This document shows, in pieces, positions 62,865-64,000 of a stretch of 64,000 bases of DNA. Below the pieces are notes generated by a model that did no database searches, was not told the DNA's origin, and worked only from the letters and a program-made list of their open reading frames with translations. Position 1 is the first letter of the stretch; each line of letters starts with the position of its first letter. The position numbers were made by a program, and so were the translations under genes. The DNA comes from Callorhinchus milii (lineage: Eukaryota): the NCBI RefSeq assembly GCF_018977255.1, contig NW_024704742.1:87174001-87238000 (forward strand), in the 5' to 3' direction.

Positions 62865-63147
62865 AATAATATAGCGTCTTATCACGTCTTCGAGATGATT
62901 CAAAGCACTTCACACAATATTCTGTAAAGTGAATTGACTGTATATTTTGTGGGAGAAACGCGTCAGCCAATTGTGCACACAGCCAAGTGTCCCACAAACA
63001 GTCGCAGATTGAGTGACCACATTTTTTCTGAAGGAATTATTATACCCGGAAAGTGATCCCCCAATCGGCTAACATCCGGGTTCCTACTTACTCCAAGGTA
63101 AACATAGGTGTGTGTGTGTGTGTGGAGTAAGGAAACTTGCCTAAGGT
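62865..63147 (-). mobile_element. tRNA-derived SINE, long subfamily, head truncated
   Basis: Matches 35058-35409 (ctaacatccgggttcctacttact; tggagtaaggaaacttgcc). Confidence 0.78.
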
Positions 63148-64000
63148 GGTTCGGCAGTGTAAATTGGGATCGGCAAGAAGTGTTGAGGGCAGATTTTGCA
63201 ACATGTTTATCCCAATGGGCACTGTTCACTGTATGAGAGATGCACTGTACAGTCTCCTAGTTTCCCCATCCAAGCACGATGATATTATACTGCGATACTG
63301 CACTATACTACTTTCCCCCACATCCTAAGATATGGCACTCATTTATTCATTGATGAAGGATGAAAGGCTAAGTGAAGCCTATCAGGATTCAAACCTAGGA
63401 CCGCTGGTTGCAAGTCCTGTACTCAAACTGTGTTGTAGAGTTCAAAGAAGAAATATAAGGATCAAATAATAAGCGCATATATTTCTTGCATTGATATAGA
63501 GCCTTATTACTTAATCAAAACATCTCAAAGCACTTCACAGGAATCACTGTAAAGTGTCGTGATTATGTATTTTTTCGCAGCCAATTTGGGCCTAGCAATG
63601 TCTCACAAACAGCCATGAAATGAGTGACCAATTTTAGTTTGAAGGATTGTTGGCCAGGACACTGGGAGAAACTCCCTTCTCTTAATAGTATCCCTAACAC
63701 ACTTCTTCCTTATTTAAGAAAAGTAGTTAAATGTTTTATGAAATACCGCTCTCCCCAGACCTCTGAATAAAAACACACTAGTGTGAAAAACCCTGGACGC
63801 CATGTTTTTGTATTTCCACTTAGTAGGAATCATTTTCATCCTTCTTTCTCTCAGAAGAGTGAGGACAATTGTCATTAAATATGGGAACTTACTGTTCCTT
63901 TGGTCTCAGTACTACATCAACTGAACCATTAAGAATTATTCTGATACTTTTTAAACCAACTTTTACAAAACCAAGTTACATTGAAAAGTCTCAGTTTTGC

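Noticed and set aside
63885..64000. Possible penultimate CBWD exon ending at a minus-strand GTAAGT
   Set aside because: The upstream sequence does not translate to the expected CBWD peptide; that exon is probably beyond the window.

Overview
Eukaryotic, intron-rich vertebrate DNA, most likely from a cartilaginous fish (inferred from the repeat content: CR1, L2, Deu-domain SINEs, a tRNA-Ala-derived SINE and Penelope-like fragments). It covers the conserved PGM5 - FoxD5/FoxD4 - CBWD(ZNG1) block. Six coding exons of PGM5 lie on the minus strand (exon 1 at 38515-38772, exon 6 at 931-1085; the gene continues off the left edge). A single-exon FoxD5/FoxD4-like forkhead CDS lies on the plus strand (55141-56253). 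The last coding exon of CBWD/ZNG1 lies on the minus strand (62633-62706) and was missed by the ORF track. Most other ORFs are retroelement debris or chance. I found no convincing new multi-gene system. The best leads are: (1) a PGM5 that keeps PGM1-like catalytic motifs but has Glu at the third metal ligand (DGDGER); (2) FoxD5 inverted relative to both neighbours; (3) a 377-bp near-perfect palindrome in PGM5 intron 1 and a second inverted duplication upstream of the gene; (4) three degenerate minimal hammerhead-ribozyme motifs clustered in intron 3; (5) a GC-AG intron; (6) a ~500-nt G/T-rich, ATG-free leader in front of FoxD5; (7) nested insertions that order the transposon families in time. 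Family names and comparisons to other species are from memory, not database searches, and repeat boundaries are approximate.
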